DNA from: an uncultured Myxococcales bacterium
Lineage (GTDB): Bacteria; Myxococcota_A; UBA9042; DTJE01
Length of the DNA stretch: 64,000 bases
Direction of reading: 5' to 3'
NCBI GenBank assembly: GCA_937975765.1
Contig: CALJUR010000081.1
Location: 1,706 to 65,705 of the forward strand
Shown here: piece after piece, positions 18,486 to 28,097 of the stretch
Position numbering within the stretch: the stretch's first letter is position 1
Layout of the letters: each line of letters starts with the position of its first letter
Notes under the pieces: generated by a model
Database searches by the model: none
Told to the model about the DNA's origin: nothing
The model's input: the letters and a program-made list of their open reading frames with translations, nothing else
Translations under genes and position numbers: made by a program

Positions 18486-18697
18486 CAACCCGACCCCCGA
18501 CAACCCGACCCCCGACGTCCCGACACCCCAACGCCCGACAACCCGACAACCCGACGCCCTGACGCCCTGACACCCCGACTCCCGACAACCCGACAACCCG
18601 ACGCCCGACACCCCGACAACCCGACGCCCCGACTCCCGACACCCTGACAACCCGACGCCCGACACCCCGACACCCCGACGCCTCCTTGCCCCTGTAG
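18486..18697. repeat. Tandem array of about 28 imperfect 7-8 nt units, CCCGAC(A/G/T)(A/C)
   Basis: Seen directly: ...acaacccgacccccgacaacccgacccccgacgtcccgacaccccaacgcccgacaacccgacaacccgacgccctgacgccctgacaccccgactcccgacaacccgacaacccgacgcccgacaccccgacaacccgacgccccgactcccgacaccctgacaacccgacgcccgacaccccgacaccccgacgcc. It starts right at the stop codon of the 15333..18485 gene. Confidence 0.85.
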
Positions 18698-18719
18698 GGC
18701 GGGGCCCCCGCGCCCCGCC
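18698..18719. terminator. GC-rich hairpin (8-bp stem GGCGGGGC/GCCCCGCC, 6-nt loop) between convergent genes; no U-tract
   Basis: Seen in sequence right after the heptamer array. It lacks a T-run on either strand, so function as an intrinsic terminator is doubtful. Confidence 0.25.
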
Positions 18720-18823
18720 TTCCTGGCCTTTGCGATCGTCGTCTGCCTCACCGGGAAACGCCGGGCAGGGGACGGAGCCCCCCTGCAGATCGGCCCCTTG
18801 CGAAGCGGGGGTGTCCGGGATTC

Positions 18824-21490
18824 CTAGTGGAACTGGATGCCGTCGATCAGGACCGCGGTGTCGTAGATCGAATCGCCCCGGTCCGTGGCGTAGAACTTCA
18901 GCGTCACCGGCACCGGCGAGTCGCCCACCATCGCGCTGACGTCGTAGGTGGCCTTCTGCCAGTCGCCCTTCTGGGTCTTCGGATCCCCCTTTGCAACGTC
19001 CAGGTCGGTCGTGCCCGTGACCCAGACCCCGGTCTGGACATTCGGGTCCAGGTTCTGGTCGAACTTGACGTCCGCCTTCACCAGCCCGACCTCCTTGGCC
19101 CCGCAGTCGGACGCCACGCAGGGGGTGCACACGTCGTCCTTGTCGCAGACCTGCTTCCAGTTGCCTTCCGGGTCCAGGCACTGCTTGTCGCAGTCGTCCT
19201 GGATGCACAGGTCGTCGACGGCCAGGCTGATGACCGGGTAGGACACCAGGGCCTGGTTGGTCAGCGACGCCTGGAAGGAGTCCTGGAAGGCGGTCCCGCA
19301 GAACTCCCGGAACTCCTCCGAGTAGAACTTCCACCAGAAGGTCAACCGCGTGGTGCCGGGGAAGACGCAGAACTTCTGCTCCAGCGAGCCCACCTTGTCG
19401 GTGTAGCCCAGGCCGGTCGAGACGATGCCCATGAACTTCCCCTCGACGGGCTTGGTGACGCCTAGCTGGGGGACGACGCGGCCGTCACCGGACCGGGTCC
19501 AGGCCGTGATGTCGCCGGTCTCGAACCCGTCGTTCAGGATGCCCGAATCCGACACCGACAACCCCTTGGCCCCGAACATCCGGAAGTACGTTCCCGGGTG
19601 CGCCGGGTCTTCGGCGCCGACCCCGTAGGCGCGGCCCGCGGTCATCCCCTGCTTCATCATCCCGTCGAAGAAGCCGCGGGCCTGCCGGGCGGCGAAGGAC
19701 GACGACACCACGCCCGAGAACCCCGCGATGGCCTTGGCGCCGGCCGCGAACAGCGTGGCCGCCAGCGTGCCGTTGTAGAGGGTGCGGCAGGCCCCCAGGT
19801 AGACGAGGCTGTCGGGGAAGGGCTGGCCGGCCACGTGGAAGTCCAGGAAGGCCGGCGTCACGCCCCAGGTCCGGTCGCCCAGCACGGCGCGCCCGGTCAT
19901 CACGTCCACCTGCGTGGCGTCATAGCAGGTGCCCTGGGCGGGAGTGTCCCCGTCCTTGGGCACCGTCACGATCCACTCCATCCCGCTGGGGCAGTCGTCG
20001 GCGGTGTCGTATGCCCCGGACGCATCCAGCAGGTTGCCGCAGGTCACCGTCTCGCCGGTCCACAGCACCTCCTGGCCGCCCGGGTGGTGCCACCCCATCG
20101 CCTTCTTGATGTCGGCGTCCAGGCCGTGGAAGTAGATCTCGGCATGCGTGGCCAGCGCGACGATGCCGAAGTTCGAGAATTCCCGGAACCGTTGCAGGTT
20201 CGCGGCCTTGCCATTGTATGGGGCGGCCCGGAACGCCGGGCAGGACAGCAGCGCGATGGTGTTCGCGACGTCCAGCGTCTCGTCGTCCGCCCCGAACTCG
20301 TCGGAGAAGGGCGACAACAGCAGGGTGTCCTTCGACCGGACCGGGACGCTGACGGTCGCCGCCGACGAGACCGACCCCAGGGCCGGATCCCCGCCCGCGC
20401 CGTCCCCGGACCCGCCCCGCAGGCCGTCGCGGCCGGTGTTGACCGCCCCCAGCACGCCGTCGCCGAATCGGACCCACACGCCCAGCGCGTCGGCCGGGTC
20501 CGAGACCTGCGCCACGGCGGCATCGGCCTGCAGCACCGCCACCGCCGCCTGGCGGGACTTCGACCGCAGGCCGGTGGTGGCCAGGGTCGCGAAGTACGCC
20601 TCCCGTGCATCGATCAGCGTCTTCTGGTGCGCCGCGCAGGCCTGCGTCGTCAGTCGCGGCACGCAGTCGAACCGGGCCGGCGCGGACAGCGCGAAGTAGG
20701 CCTGGCCGTTCGCGTCGGTCACGGACACCGCGCCGCGGAAGTACATCGGTCCGGCCTGGTCGCACGCGATCTGCACCCGGATCGTGTACACGCCGTCCGT
20801 GGGGATCTCGTCGCCCGAGGTCAGCGTGATCCCGTCGTCCAGCATGGTCCCCTGGTCCTTCACCAGGGCGCCCTCGGCATCGACCTGGCGCAGGACCACC
20901 TTGCCCGACGACACCGAGCCGAACGGCCCCAGCGCCAGCGTCGCCAGCACCTTCTGGGACTGGCCCACGAACATCGCCGGCGGCCGCATCTGCAGCGCGT
21001 TCGGCAGCATGAAGCCGGGGTTGGACGTGACGACGACGCTGTCGGTGACGGTTCCCTCCTCGCCGGTCGCCGCGACCTTGACCAGGTTGTCGCCCGGGGC
21101 CAGGGTGATGCTGTCCGACTGCCAGAAGGGCGAACCCTCGCTGATTGCCAGCGAGCCGGAGGCGGTCCCGGCCGTCCAGGTCAGCGACGTGAACTTCCCG
21201 AAGACCACGCCCGACAGGGAGACTACCGAACCCGCGGTGGTGGCGTGCCCGCTGCCCGAGGGCTCCGTGATGCGGATCAGCAGTTCGGAGGAGGGATACT
21301 CGCTGGCGCCGGGCGGGAGCCCGGTGTCCTCCTCGATGATCTCGACGGGAAGGTCGCCGGCGGCATCGCCGATCGCATCCGTCGTCCCGAAATCGTACTG
21401 GCTGGAGGAATCGCCCGACCCGCCGCCGCCGTCGCAACCCGCGACCGCCAGGACCGCCGCCACCGCCACAAGGAACCGACCGGCGTGCAT
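18824..21490 (-). CDS. Large secreted lipoprotein (hypothetical)
   Basis: Start MHAGRFLVAVAAVLAVAGCDGG (lipobox). 888 aa with a Cys-containing C-terminal region. The listed start at 21505 adds 5 aa. Confidence 0.65.
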   Translation of the reverse strand: MHAGRFLVAVAAVLAVAGCDGGGGSGDSSSQYDFGTTDAIGDAAGDLPVEIIEEDTGLPPGASEYPSSELLIRITEPSGSGHATTAGSVVSLSGVVFGKFTSLTWTAGTASGSLAISEGSPFWQSDSITLAPGDNLVKVAATGEEGTVTDSVVVTSNPGFMLPNALQMRPPAMFVGQSQKVLATLALGPFGSVSSGKVVLRQVDAEGALVKDQGTMLDDGITLTSGDEIPTDGVYTIRVQIACDQAGPMYFRGAVSVTDANGQAYFALSAPARFDCVPRLTTQACAAHQKTLIDAREAYFATLATTGLRSKSRQAAVAVLQADAAVAQVSDPADALGVWVRFGDGVLGAVNTGRDGLRGGSGDGAGGDPALGSVSSAATVSVPVRSKDTLLLSPFSDEFGADDETLDVANTIALLSCPAFRAAPYNGKAANLQRFREFSNFGIVALATHAEIYFHGLDADIKKAMGWHHPGGQEVLWTGETVTCGNLLDASGAYDTADDCPSGMEWIVTVPKDGDTPAQGTCYDATQVDVMTGRAVLGDRTWGVTPAFLDFHVAGQPFPDSLVYLGACRTLYNGTLAATLFAAGAKAIAGFSGVVSSSFAARQARGFFDGMMKQGMTAGRAYGVGAEDPAHPGTYFRMFGAKGLSVSDSGILNDGFETGDITAWTRSGDGRVVPQLGVTKPVEGKFMGIVSTGLGYTDKVGSLEQKFCVFPGTTRLTFWWKFYSEEFREFCGTAFQDSFQASLTNQALVSYPVISLAVDDLCIQDDCDKQCLDPEGNWKQVCDKDDVCTPCVASDCGAKEVGLVKADVKFDQNLDPNVQTGVWVTGTTDLDVAKGDPKTQKGDWQKATYDVSAMVGDSPVPVTLKFYATDRGDSIYDTAVLIDGIQFH

Positions 21491-21571
21491 TGCGCACCCC
21501 CACAAGCGTCGGAGGATTATATCGGATGGACGCCCGCGGATGCGAGCCGGGCCGCAGGTTCCGCGGCAGAA

Positions 21572-23737
21572 CTACTTCACGTCGACCACGTGGGAAGTCG
21601 TCCGGCCCTTCTCGACCGTGACGTTCAGGTTCCTGGACGCGACCTGGTTCTTCAGGACGAACACCTGGTTGCCAACCGGCACCTCGAACGAGCGCAGGGG
21701 GGTGGTGCCCACCTTGCGCCCCTTCCAGTAGACGTCGGCCCAGGGCCGGGCGTTGATTGTCACGTAGCCCGTGTCCGCCGGGGTGGCCGGGGCGGGCTTG
21801 TCCGGGGCCGCCGCCTTTTCCAGGTGCACCGTCACCGTCTGCGTCGCCTGCGCGACCTTCACCGTCTGCCGGAACGCCTTCCGTCCCGGGGCGGTCGCGG
21901 TGATCTCGACCTCGTCGCCGACCCGCGCCAGGCCCTCGACGCGCCCCTGCCCGCCGGGCGTCGCGGCCGGCTTCCCGTTCACCAGGACCTTCGCGGTCGC
22001 CGGGTCGACGGACAGGGCCAGCACGGCGGCCTCGGGCGCCTTGGCGACCACCGGAGGCGTCTCCGTCTTCGGGGGCGTCTCCGGGGGAGCCTGCGGGGGC
22101 GCCTGCGGGGGCGTCTCGACCTTGGGAGGAGTGGCCGGCGTCTCCGGGGTGGCCGCCTCGGCCGCCTGCGGAGCGGAGGTGCGACCCGCCGGCGCCTCCT
22201 CCCCCTGGCCGCCGAACACCATCACCCCGGCGAACCCCAGCGCGGCCAGTCCGACCAGCACCATCGCCGCCACCAGCGCCTTCTTGCGGCCGGATCCGGC
22301 CGGCGCGCGGCGCAGTTCGGAAGGCGTTCCCCCGGCGGCCGGGACCTCCACGACCTCCGGGGCGGCAGCCTTCGCGGGCTTCGCCCGGGCCAGGACGGTC
22401 TCCACCTCGTCCGCCGGCAGCGGCAGCGTGATGTTCTTCCCCTCGCGATGGGGCGTCACCTGCGGGGCCGATGCCGACGTCCCCCGCGCCGGGGTCGCGC
22501 CCGCGGCGGTCCCCTTCACCGGCGTCGCGCCCGCGGCGGTCCCGCGGGCCGGGGTCCCCTGGAACGCGGCCAGGTCGGCCTGCGGCGACGAGGTTCCGGC
22601 CGACGGCGTCAGCGTGGCCGAGCCCTCCTTCTCCAGGTAGGTCTCCAGTTCCTTCTGCAGCGTCCCGACCGGCAGCGTCTTCGGCGCCTGCGGAGGACGC
22701 GGGAGCGCCTGCGGGGCCTGGTCCTCGGGCAGCATCACCGTGCCCGAGTCGGGCTGCGGCGGCGGCGCGACCGGGACCGAGGTCCCGGTGTCGGCGTGCA
22801 CCGGCAGTTCGTCGGAGAACAGGTCGGTCATGTACGGCGCGACCGCGACCTCGTCCAGGCCCTGCGCGGTCCGGAACTCGAAGTTCCGCAGTTCCTTCTC
22901 CAGCGAGGCCATGTCCGGGAACCGGGCGTCCCGGTCCTTCGCCAGGCCCTTCAGCAGGATCGCGTCCAGTTCGGGCGGGACGTCGGGATTCAGCGAGGAC
23001 GGCGGCGGCACCTCGTGCGACAACACGTTGTTCAGGATCTCGAAGTCGGTCTCGCCGTCGAACAGCTTCCGCCCGGTCAGCATCTCCCAGCCGATCGCGC
23101 ACAGCGCGAACATGTCCGATCGGCCGTCCAGCGGCTTGCCGCGCGCCTGTTCCGGGGACATGTACGAGCACTTGCCCTTCACGGTGCCGGCGCGCGTCTT
23201 CGTGGACCGCGCCGCCGCCTTGGCGATGCCGAAGTCCAGGATCTTCGCCTCGCCGCCGAAGGCGATCAGGATGTTGTGCGGGCTGACGTCCCGGTGGACG
23301 ATGTTCAGCGGCAGGCCGTCGTCCCCGCGGGCCACGTGGGCGTGCTTCAGGCCGGCCGCGATGTCCGCCACGACGTGCATGGCCTTCAGCGGCGCGATAC
23401 GGTCGCCGGTCTTCAGGCCCCGGTCCAGGACCTTGCGCAGGTCCCGGCCGTCGACGTACTCCATCGCGATGTAGTACGAGTCCTCGCACTTGTCGAAGTC
23501 GAAGATCTGGACGATGTTCGGGTGGTGCAGCCGCGCCGCGATCCGCGCCTCGTCGATGAACATCGTGACGAAGGCCTCGTCCTCGGAATAGGACGGCAGG
23601 ATCCGCTTGATCACGACGTCGCGCTGGAAGCCTTCCGCGCCGCGGGACTTCGCCAGGAAGATCTCGGCCATGCCCCCCACGGCCAGCTTGCGCATCAGGA
23701 GGTACTTGCCGAAAGGCTGGGGGAGGGTGGGGGCCAT
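21572..23737 (-). CDS. Serine/threonine protein kinase with C-terminal PEGA domain
   Basis: Hanks kinase subdomains are present (VIKRIL lysine region, HRDVSPHNIL catalytic loop, DFGIAK, SYMSPEQ). A Pro-rich linker, a TM segment (LVAAMVLVGLAALGFAGVMVF) and a C-terminal PEGA-like beta domain follow. Confidence 0.85.
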   Translation of the reverse strand: MAPTLPQPFGKYLLMRKLAVGGMAEIFLAKSRGAEGFQRDVVIKRILPSYSEDEAFVTMFIDEARIAARLHHPNIVQIFDFDKCEDSYYIAMEYVDGRDLRKVLDRGLKTGDRIAPLKAMHVVADIAAGLKHAHVARGDDGLPLNIVHRDVSPHNILIAFGGEAKILDFGIAKAAARSTKTRAGTVKGKCSYMSPEQARGKPLDGRSDMFALCAIGWEMLTGRKLFDGETDFEILNNVLSHEVPPPSSLNPDVPPELDAILLKGLAKDRDARFPDMASLEKELRNFEFRTAQGLDEVAVAPYMTDLFSDELPVHADTGTSVPVAPPPQPDSGTVMLPEDQAPQALPRPPQAPKTLPVGTLQKELETYLEKEGSATLTPSAGTSSPQADLAAFQGTPARGTAAGATPVKGTAAGATPARGTSASAPQVTPHREGKNITLPLPADEVETVLARAKPAKAAAPEVVEVPAAGGTPSELRRAPAGSGRKKALVAAMVLVGLAALGFAGVMVFGGQGEEAPAGRTSAPQAAEAATPETPATPPKVETPPQAPPQAPPETPPKTETPPVVAKAPEAAVLALSVDPATAKVLVNGKPAATPGGQGRVEGLARVGDEVEITATAPGRKAFRQTVKVAQATQTVTVHLEKAAAPDKPAPATPADTGYVTINARPWADVYWKGRKVGTTPLRSFEVPVGNQVFVLKNQVASRNLNVTVEKGRTTSHVVDVK

Positions 23738-23806
23738 TCCTCTTCTCGCGCGAGCCGCGCGTAGTATAGCACCATCGGCAGGTTCATCGAGTTCCGGTTC
23801 GACGGT

Positions 23807-25825
23807 TCAGCGGGTGCGACGGGTTCCCGGCCCCGCGCGGGAAGGCGCGGGAGCCGCCGGGGAACGGGGCTTCGGCGGCGCGTAGGCCGGGGGAGGGGTC
23901 GAGGAACCCGACGACCCGGAGGACGATCCGCTGCCGAAGGAGGATCGGGACGGCACGTAGGTGCGCGACGGGGACTCCTGGCGAGGAGCCTCGCGTCGCG
24001 TCGCGGGCTCGGGAGCACGGGTCTCGGTCCGCGGGACCGCCCGAGACGGCTGCACCTGCCGCGGCTGCACCTGCTGGGGACGGACCTGCTGCGGCTGGTA
24101 CGAGCGCTCGGGGGCGACCGTCCGCTGGCGGACCTCGGGCACCTCCCGGGGCGCGGTGCGCTGCCAGGTCGGCTGGTAGCTGGACGGCTCGGGGGTTCCC
24201 CGGTCCACGTCCACTGTCCGCCGAGGCTCCACCTCCCGGCCGCGGACCTCGGGCACCTCCCGCGGCGCCGTGCGCTGCCAGGCCGGCTGGGCCTGCGTCC
24301 GCCCGGGCGACGCCTGCCCGCGGTCCACCGACCGGTCCGGCACCGCCTGGGACGGACGCAGGTTCTCCGCCGGGGCGCGGATGCCCGTCCCCGAGCGGGG
24401 CCGGGGCGCCCAGGTCTCCACCTTCGTCCGGTCCTCGCCGCGAATCACCGGCGCCGGCGCGACGCCCCGCCCGGGCCGGACCGCTTCGCCCTGCGCATCC
24501 AGGCGCGCCTGCGGCCGGGCGATCGGCACCCGCACGCCCGGGACGCCATCCGCCTTCGCCGGGGCCAGCGTGTTCCGGACCTTCTCGCCAATCCCCCGGT
24601 AGGACGCCGGCGCCTGGAACACCGGCTTCACCGGCGCGAAGCCGCTGCGCTGCATCGAGCCGACGGGGGCGCTGACCGGCTTCATCGGGGTCTCCCGGGC
24701 CAGCACGCCGGTCTTCCCCGCGATGAACTGCCGCGACGCCGGGAGGCTGCTCCCGCCGCCGGGCAGGGCGCCCACCTGGCCGGCCCGCACCGCGCCGTTC
24801 AGGTTCCGCTCGACCTCGGACCGGTCCACGATGCGGACCCGCGCCATGTCGTGCTCGCGGACGACGGCCCGCCCGGACCGGCGGTCCTCCCCGGCCCGCG
24901 GCGGGGGACCGGCGTGCGCGGCCATGAAGTCGTTGTAGGCCACGCAGGTGGCGCCTGGATGCGAACGCCGTCCCGGGTAGTCGCCGACCCGGCGGCCCGC
25001 CCAGTAGCCCATCCAGTAGCCGTCGTCCCAGCCGTCCGCGTACCCGTGCCGGTAGCCGTGCGACCAGGCGCCGTCGTAGGGCCACCAGCCGATCCAGCCG
25101 TCCCCGAAGAAGAACGACACGACCGCCGCCCGCCACATCCAGCCCGGGTCCGGCATCCACACCCACCCGTACACGCCGTGATGGCGCCAGTGGCCGTAGT
25201 GGTCCGTGATCTCGCCCCAGGGGTCGTACGAGTACCAGGTCCAGCCGTGCCGGGTCCAGTACCAGTAGCCGTGCTGGTACGGGACCCAGTCATCCTCGTA
25301 GGCGTAGGGCACGAACACCCGGTCGCCGCCGACGGTGGTCCACCAGCCGTAGCCGCCCAGCCCGTAGTCCGAGCCGTCCCGCCACCGATCCGACCGCCCC
25401 TCGTTGATCACCTCGACGCGGTCGATGCCGGACAGGTACTTCGAGTGGACGCGGATCTGGAACCGGTGCGGGGCGTCGCGGGGCACGTAGAAATTGACGC
25501 CGTAGTCCGTCGCCTCGAAGTTCGAGCCCGCGCGGCAGTCCTGCTCGGGGTCGCAGGTGTCCCCGGGGACGTCGTCCGCCGTCCACACGAAGTCCTCGAC
25601 CGGCCGGTAGGCGTACTCGACGCGCCCTCCGTCCGTCCATACCTCGTCCGCGACCAGCGAGATCACCTGCCCCGGCCACACCTGCACCGGCTCGCCGCCC
25701 CGGTCGCCCAGCATCCGGCCGTCGATCGAGATGATGCGGACGGACTGCGCGAACGCCGGAACCGCGATCAGCAAGGCCGCCGACGCGAACACCACCGGCA
25801 ATGCCACCTTCCAGCCCCTGTTCAT
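23807..25825 (-). CDS. Secreted protein with Trp/Tyr/Gly/His-rich low-complexity core
   Basis: Signal peptide (ALPVVFASAALLIAVPAFAQS). A region of about 150 aa is extremely rich in W, Y, G and H (GYWYWTRHGWTWYSYDPWG...GWIGWWPYDGAWSHGYRHGY). The C-terminal tail is Pro/Arg-rich with a duplicated motif QPTWQRTAPREVPEVR. Confidence 0.6.
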   Translation of the reverse strand: MNRGWKVALPVVFASAALLIAVPAFAQSVRIISIDGRMLGDRGGEPVQVWPGQVISLVADEVWTDGGRVEYAYRPVEDFVWTADDVPGDTCDPEQDCRAGSNFEATDYGVNFYVPRDAPHRFQIRVHSKYLSGIDRVEVINEGRSDRWRDGSDYGLGGYGWWTTVGGDRVFVPYAYEDDWVPYQHGYWYWTRHGWTWYSYDPWGEITDHYGHWRHHGVYGWVWMPDPGWMWRAAVVSFFFGDGWIGWWPYDGAWSHGYRHGYADGWDDGYWMGYWAGRRVGDYPGRRSHPGATCVAYNDFMAAHAGPPPRAGEDRRSGRAVVREHDMARVRIVDRSEVERNLNGAVRAGQVGALPGGGSSLPASRQFIAGKTGVLARETPMKPVSAPVGSMQRSGFAPVKPVFQAPASYRGIGEKVRNTLAPAKADGVPGVRVPIARPQARLDAQGEAVRPGRGVAPAPVIRGEDRTKVETWAPRPRSGTGIRAPAENLRPSQAVPDRSVDRGQASPGRTQAQPAWQRTAPREVPEVRGREVEPRRTVDVDRGTPEPSSYQPTWQRTAPREVPEVRQRTVAPERSYQPQQVRPQQVQPRQVQPSRAVPRTETRAPEPATRREAPRQESPSRTYVPSRSSFGSGSSSGSSGSSTPPPAYAPPKPRSPAAPAPSRAGPGTRRTR

Positions 25826-26021
25826 CGGACACCTCCCGCCTGGAGGAAAGCCGGGGCGTTCGACGAGGATCGCCCCGGAGTATTCCGGCCTCCGGGAAAC
25901 ATTATCCCCCGATTCCGGAACCGGCGCTTCGGGCCGGCATCGCCCCCCTTCCGGGCGGGGGTCCGGTTGACACGCAAGCCCCGGATGCGGTAGCGTTCGC
26001 CGGTTTTTTCAAGGGCTGCCG

Positions 26022-27317
26022 GTGCAGCGCTGCGACGTCGTCATCCTGGGGGCCGGCCTGTCGGGCATGTCCACCGCCCTGTACCGGGGAGGCGACTACC
26101 TCGTGATCGAGCGCGAGGGCCGCCCCGGCGGCCTGACCCGCACCGAGGACATCGACGGGTTCCTGTTCAACCACACCGGCCACTGGCTGCACCTGCGCGA
26201 CGACCGCATCAAGGCCCTGGTGGCCGACCTGCTGCCCGGCGGCATGGTCACGGTGCAGCGCCGCGCGGCAATCTACAGCAACCGGGTCTTCACGCGATTC
26301 CCCTTCCAGGGCAACCTGCACGGGCTGCCGCCCGAGGTGCTGCGGGAGTGCCTGCAAGGCGCCGTGGCCGCGGCCGTGCGGCGGGCATCCGGCAGTGCGC
26401 CGAGACTGAAGAACTTCCTGGAGTACACGAACTTCCACTTCGGCGAGGGGATCGCCCGGCACTTCATGGTCCCCTACAACACGAAACTGTGGGGCGTGTC
26501 GCCGGCCGAGGTCACGGCCGAGTGGACGCAGCGCTTCGTGCCGATGCCCGACATCGCGCAGATCGTGGACGGCGCGCTGGGGATGTCGCGCGAGGCGATG
26601 GGTTACAACGCGTCGTTCCTGTACCCGGCCGAGGGCGGCATCGAGACGCTGGCCCGCGCGTTGTACGGGCGGCTGGACCCGGCGCGATTCGTGTTCAACA
26701 CGCGGCCCCGCCGGATCTCCACGAAGGGGAAGTGGGTCGAGTTCGGCGACGAGCGGATCGCCTACGAGCACCTGGTCTCGACGATCGCGCTGCCCGACCT
26801 GGTGGCGCTGGACGTCGACGCGTCCCCGGCGGAACGGCAGGCCGCGCGGCGGCTGCGGTGCTCGGTGCTGCGGTACGTGAACGTGGGCCTGGACGTCGAG
26901 ACCCCGCTGGACGGCCTGCACTGGATCTACCTGCCCGAGGCGCGGTTCCCGTTCTACCGGGTCGGGTCGGCCACCAACGCGGTGCGCGCCCTGTCCCCGG
27001 CCGGGACCTCCTCGCTGTACGTGGAACTGGCGAACGACCAGGCCGCGCCGGAGGGCGAGGTGGTTAGGGCGCTGGCGGAATTCCTGAAGGATATCGGGAC
27101 GATCCGGAACGACGCCCAGTTGCGGTTCGCGGCCTTCCGCACGCACCCCTACGGATACGTAATCTTTGACAGGCACTGCGCGCGGTCCCGCGACCTGCTG
27201 CTGTCCGGGTACGCGGCCCGGCAGGTGCGGTCGATCGGGCGCTACGGGGCCTGGACCTACAACTCGATGGAGGACGCGATCCTGGACGGCCTGAAGGCCG
27301 CGGAATCGCTGGGCTGA
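26022..27317 (+). CDS. FAD-dependent oxidoreductase (amine-oxidase/protoporphyrinogen-oxidase-like fold)
   Basis: N-terminal dinucleotide-binding motif VVILGAGLSGMS...E(X)GRPGG. Its length and layout fit the flavin amine-oxidase superfamily. Confidence 0.65.
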   Translation: MQRCDVVILGAGLSGMSTALYRGGDYLVIEREGRPGGLTRTEDIDGFLFNHTGHWLHLRDDRIKALVADLLPGGMVTVQRRAAIYSNRVFTRFPFQGNLHGLPPEVLRECLQGAVAAAVRRASGSAPRLKNFLEYTNFHFGEGIARHFMVPYNTKLWGVSPAEVTAEWTQRFVPMPDIAQIVDGALGMSREAMGYNASFLYPAEGGIETLARALYGRLDPARFVFNTRPRRISTKGKWVEFGDERIAYEHLVSTIALPDLVALDVDASPAERQAARRLRCSVLRYVNVGLDVETPLDGLHWIYLPEARFPFYRVGSATNAVRALSPAGTSSLYVELANDQAAPEGEVVRALAEFLKDIGTIRNDAQLRFAAFRTHPYGYVIFDRHCARSRDLLLSGYAARQVRSIGRYGAWTYNSMEDAILDGLKAAESLG

Positions 27318-27345
27318 AGCCGCCGTCCGGCGGCGCGCAGGGAGC

Positions 27346-28083
27346 ATGATGGGCGAGGACAGCACGGGCACCCCGACCTACAACGTCAGCATCGTCATCC
27401 CGGTCTACAACGAGGAGGGGCTGCTGGCGACGGCGGTCCACGACCTGACGACCCGGCTGCAGGAGATCCCGCTGTCCTGCGAGGTCATCCTGTCGGAGAA
27501 CGGCAGCAAGGACCGGACCCGCGAGATCGCGCTGGAACTGGCTTCCCGCATCCGCAACGTGCGCGTGCTGCACACCGACGAGCCGAACTACGGGCGCGCG
27601 CTGCGGCGCGGCATCGAGGAGGCCCACGGCGCGCTGGTGATGTGCGACGAGATCGACATCTGCGACGTGGACTTCTACAAGGCCGCGCTGGAGATCCTGA
27701 TGGCCGAGCAGGCCGACATGGTGGTCGGCAGCAAGCGGCACCCGGCCGCCCGGGACGCCAGGCCCTTCCTGCGCCGGTTCGCGACGCGGGTGCTGAACCT
27801 GATGCTGCGGGTCATCGTGGGCTTCAAGGGAACGGACACGCACGGCCTGAAGGCGTTCCGGCGCGAACCGGTGCTGCCGGTCGTGCGGTCGTGCATCGTC
27901 GAGAAGGACCTGTTCGCCAGCGAACTGGTGATCCGGGCCGAGCGGGCGGTGCGCGTGGTCGAGGTGCCGGTGCGCATCATGGAGAAGCGCCCGCCGTCGA
28001 TCAACCTGTTCAAGCGCGTGCCCAACGTGCTGCGCAACCTGTGGCGACTGTTCCTGGTGATCCGCCTGGGCCGCCCGGCCTGA
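27346..28083 (+). CDS. Family 2 glycosyltransferase (polyprenyl-phosphate sugar transferase-like, DPM1/ArnC-like)
   Basis: VSIVIPVYNEE, a DxD-like CDEID, and SKR...G motifs are typical of GT2 enzymes of the Dpm1/ArnC type. Confidence 0.8.
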   Translation: MMGEDSTGTPTYNVSIVIPVYNEEGLLATAVHDLTTRLQEIPLSCEVILSENGSKDRTREIALELASRIRNVRVLHTDEPNYGRALRRGIEEAHGALVMCDEIDICDVDFYKAALEILMAEQADMVVGSKRHPAARDARPFLRRFATRVLNLMLRVIVGFKGTDTHGLKAFRREPVLPVVRSCIVEKDLFASELVIRAERAVRVVEVPVRIMEKRPPSINLFKRVPNVLRNLWRLFLVIRLGRPA

Positions 28084-28097
28084 GGCCGCGGAGGACC

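Noticed and set aside
18486-18697. Heptamer array as a possible CRISPR array
   Set aside because: Units are 7-8 nt with no unique spacers between them. There are no cas genes in the window. It is a microsatellite-like tandem repeat, not CRISPR.
18002-18751. Minus-strand ORFs reading the heptamer array as Gly/Val-rich protein (18002..18751, 18448..18642)
   Set aside because: The translation is an artefact of the repeat (GVGxSG...). There is no start context or signal peptide, and it is antisense to the end of a supported gene.
15231-23764. Long overlapping ORFs 15231..19334 (-), 19598..23764 (+) and 19920..23489 (-)
   Set aside because: They overlap, in other frames or on the opposite strand, the motif-supported lipoprotein and Ser/Thr-kinase genes. 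They have no recognisable domains. These are high-GC frame artefacts.
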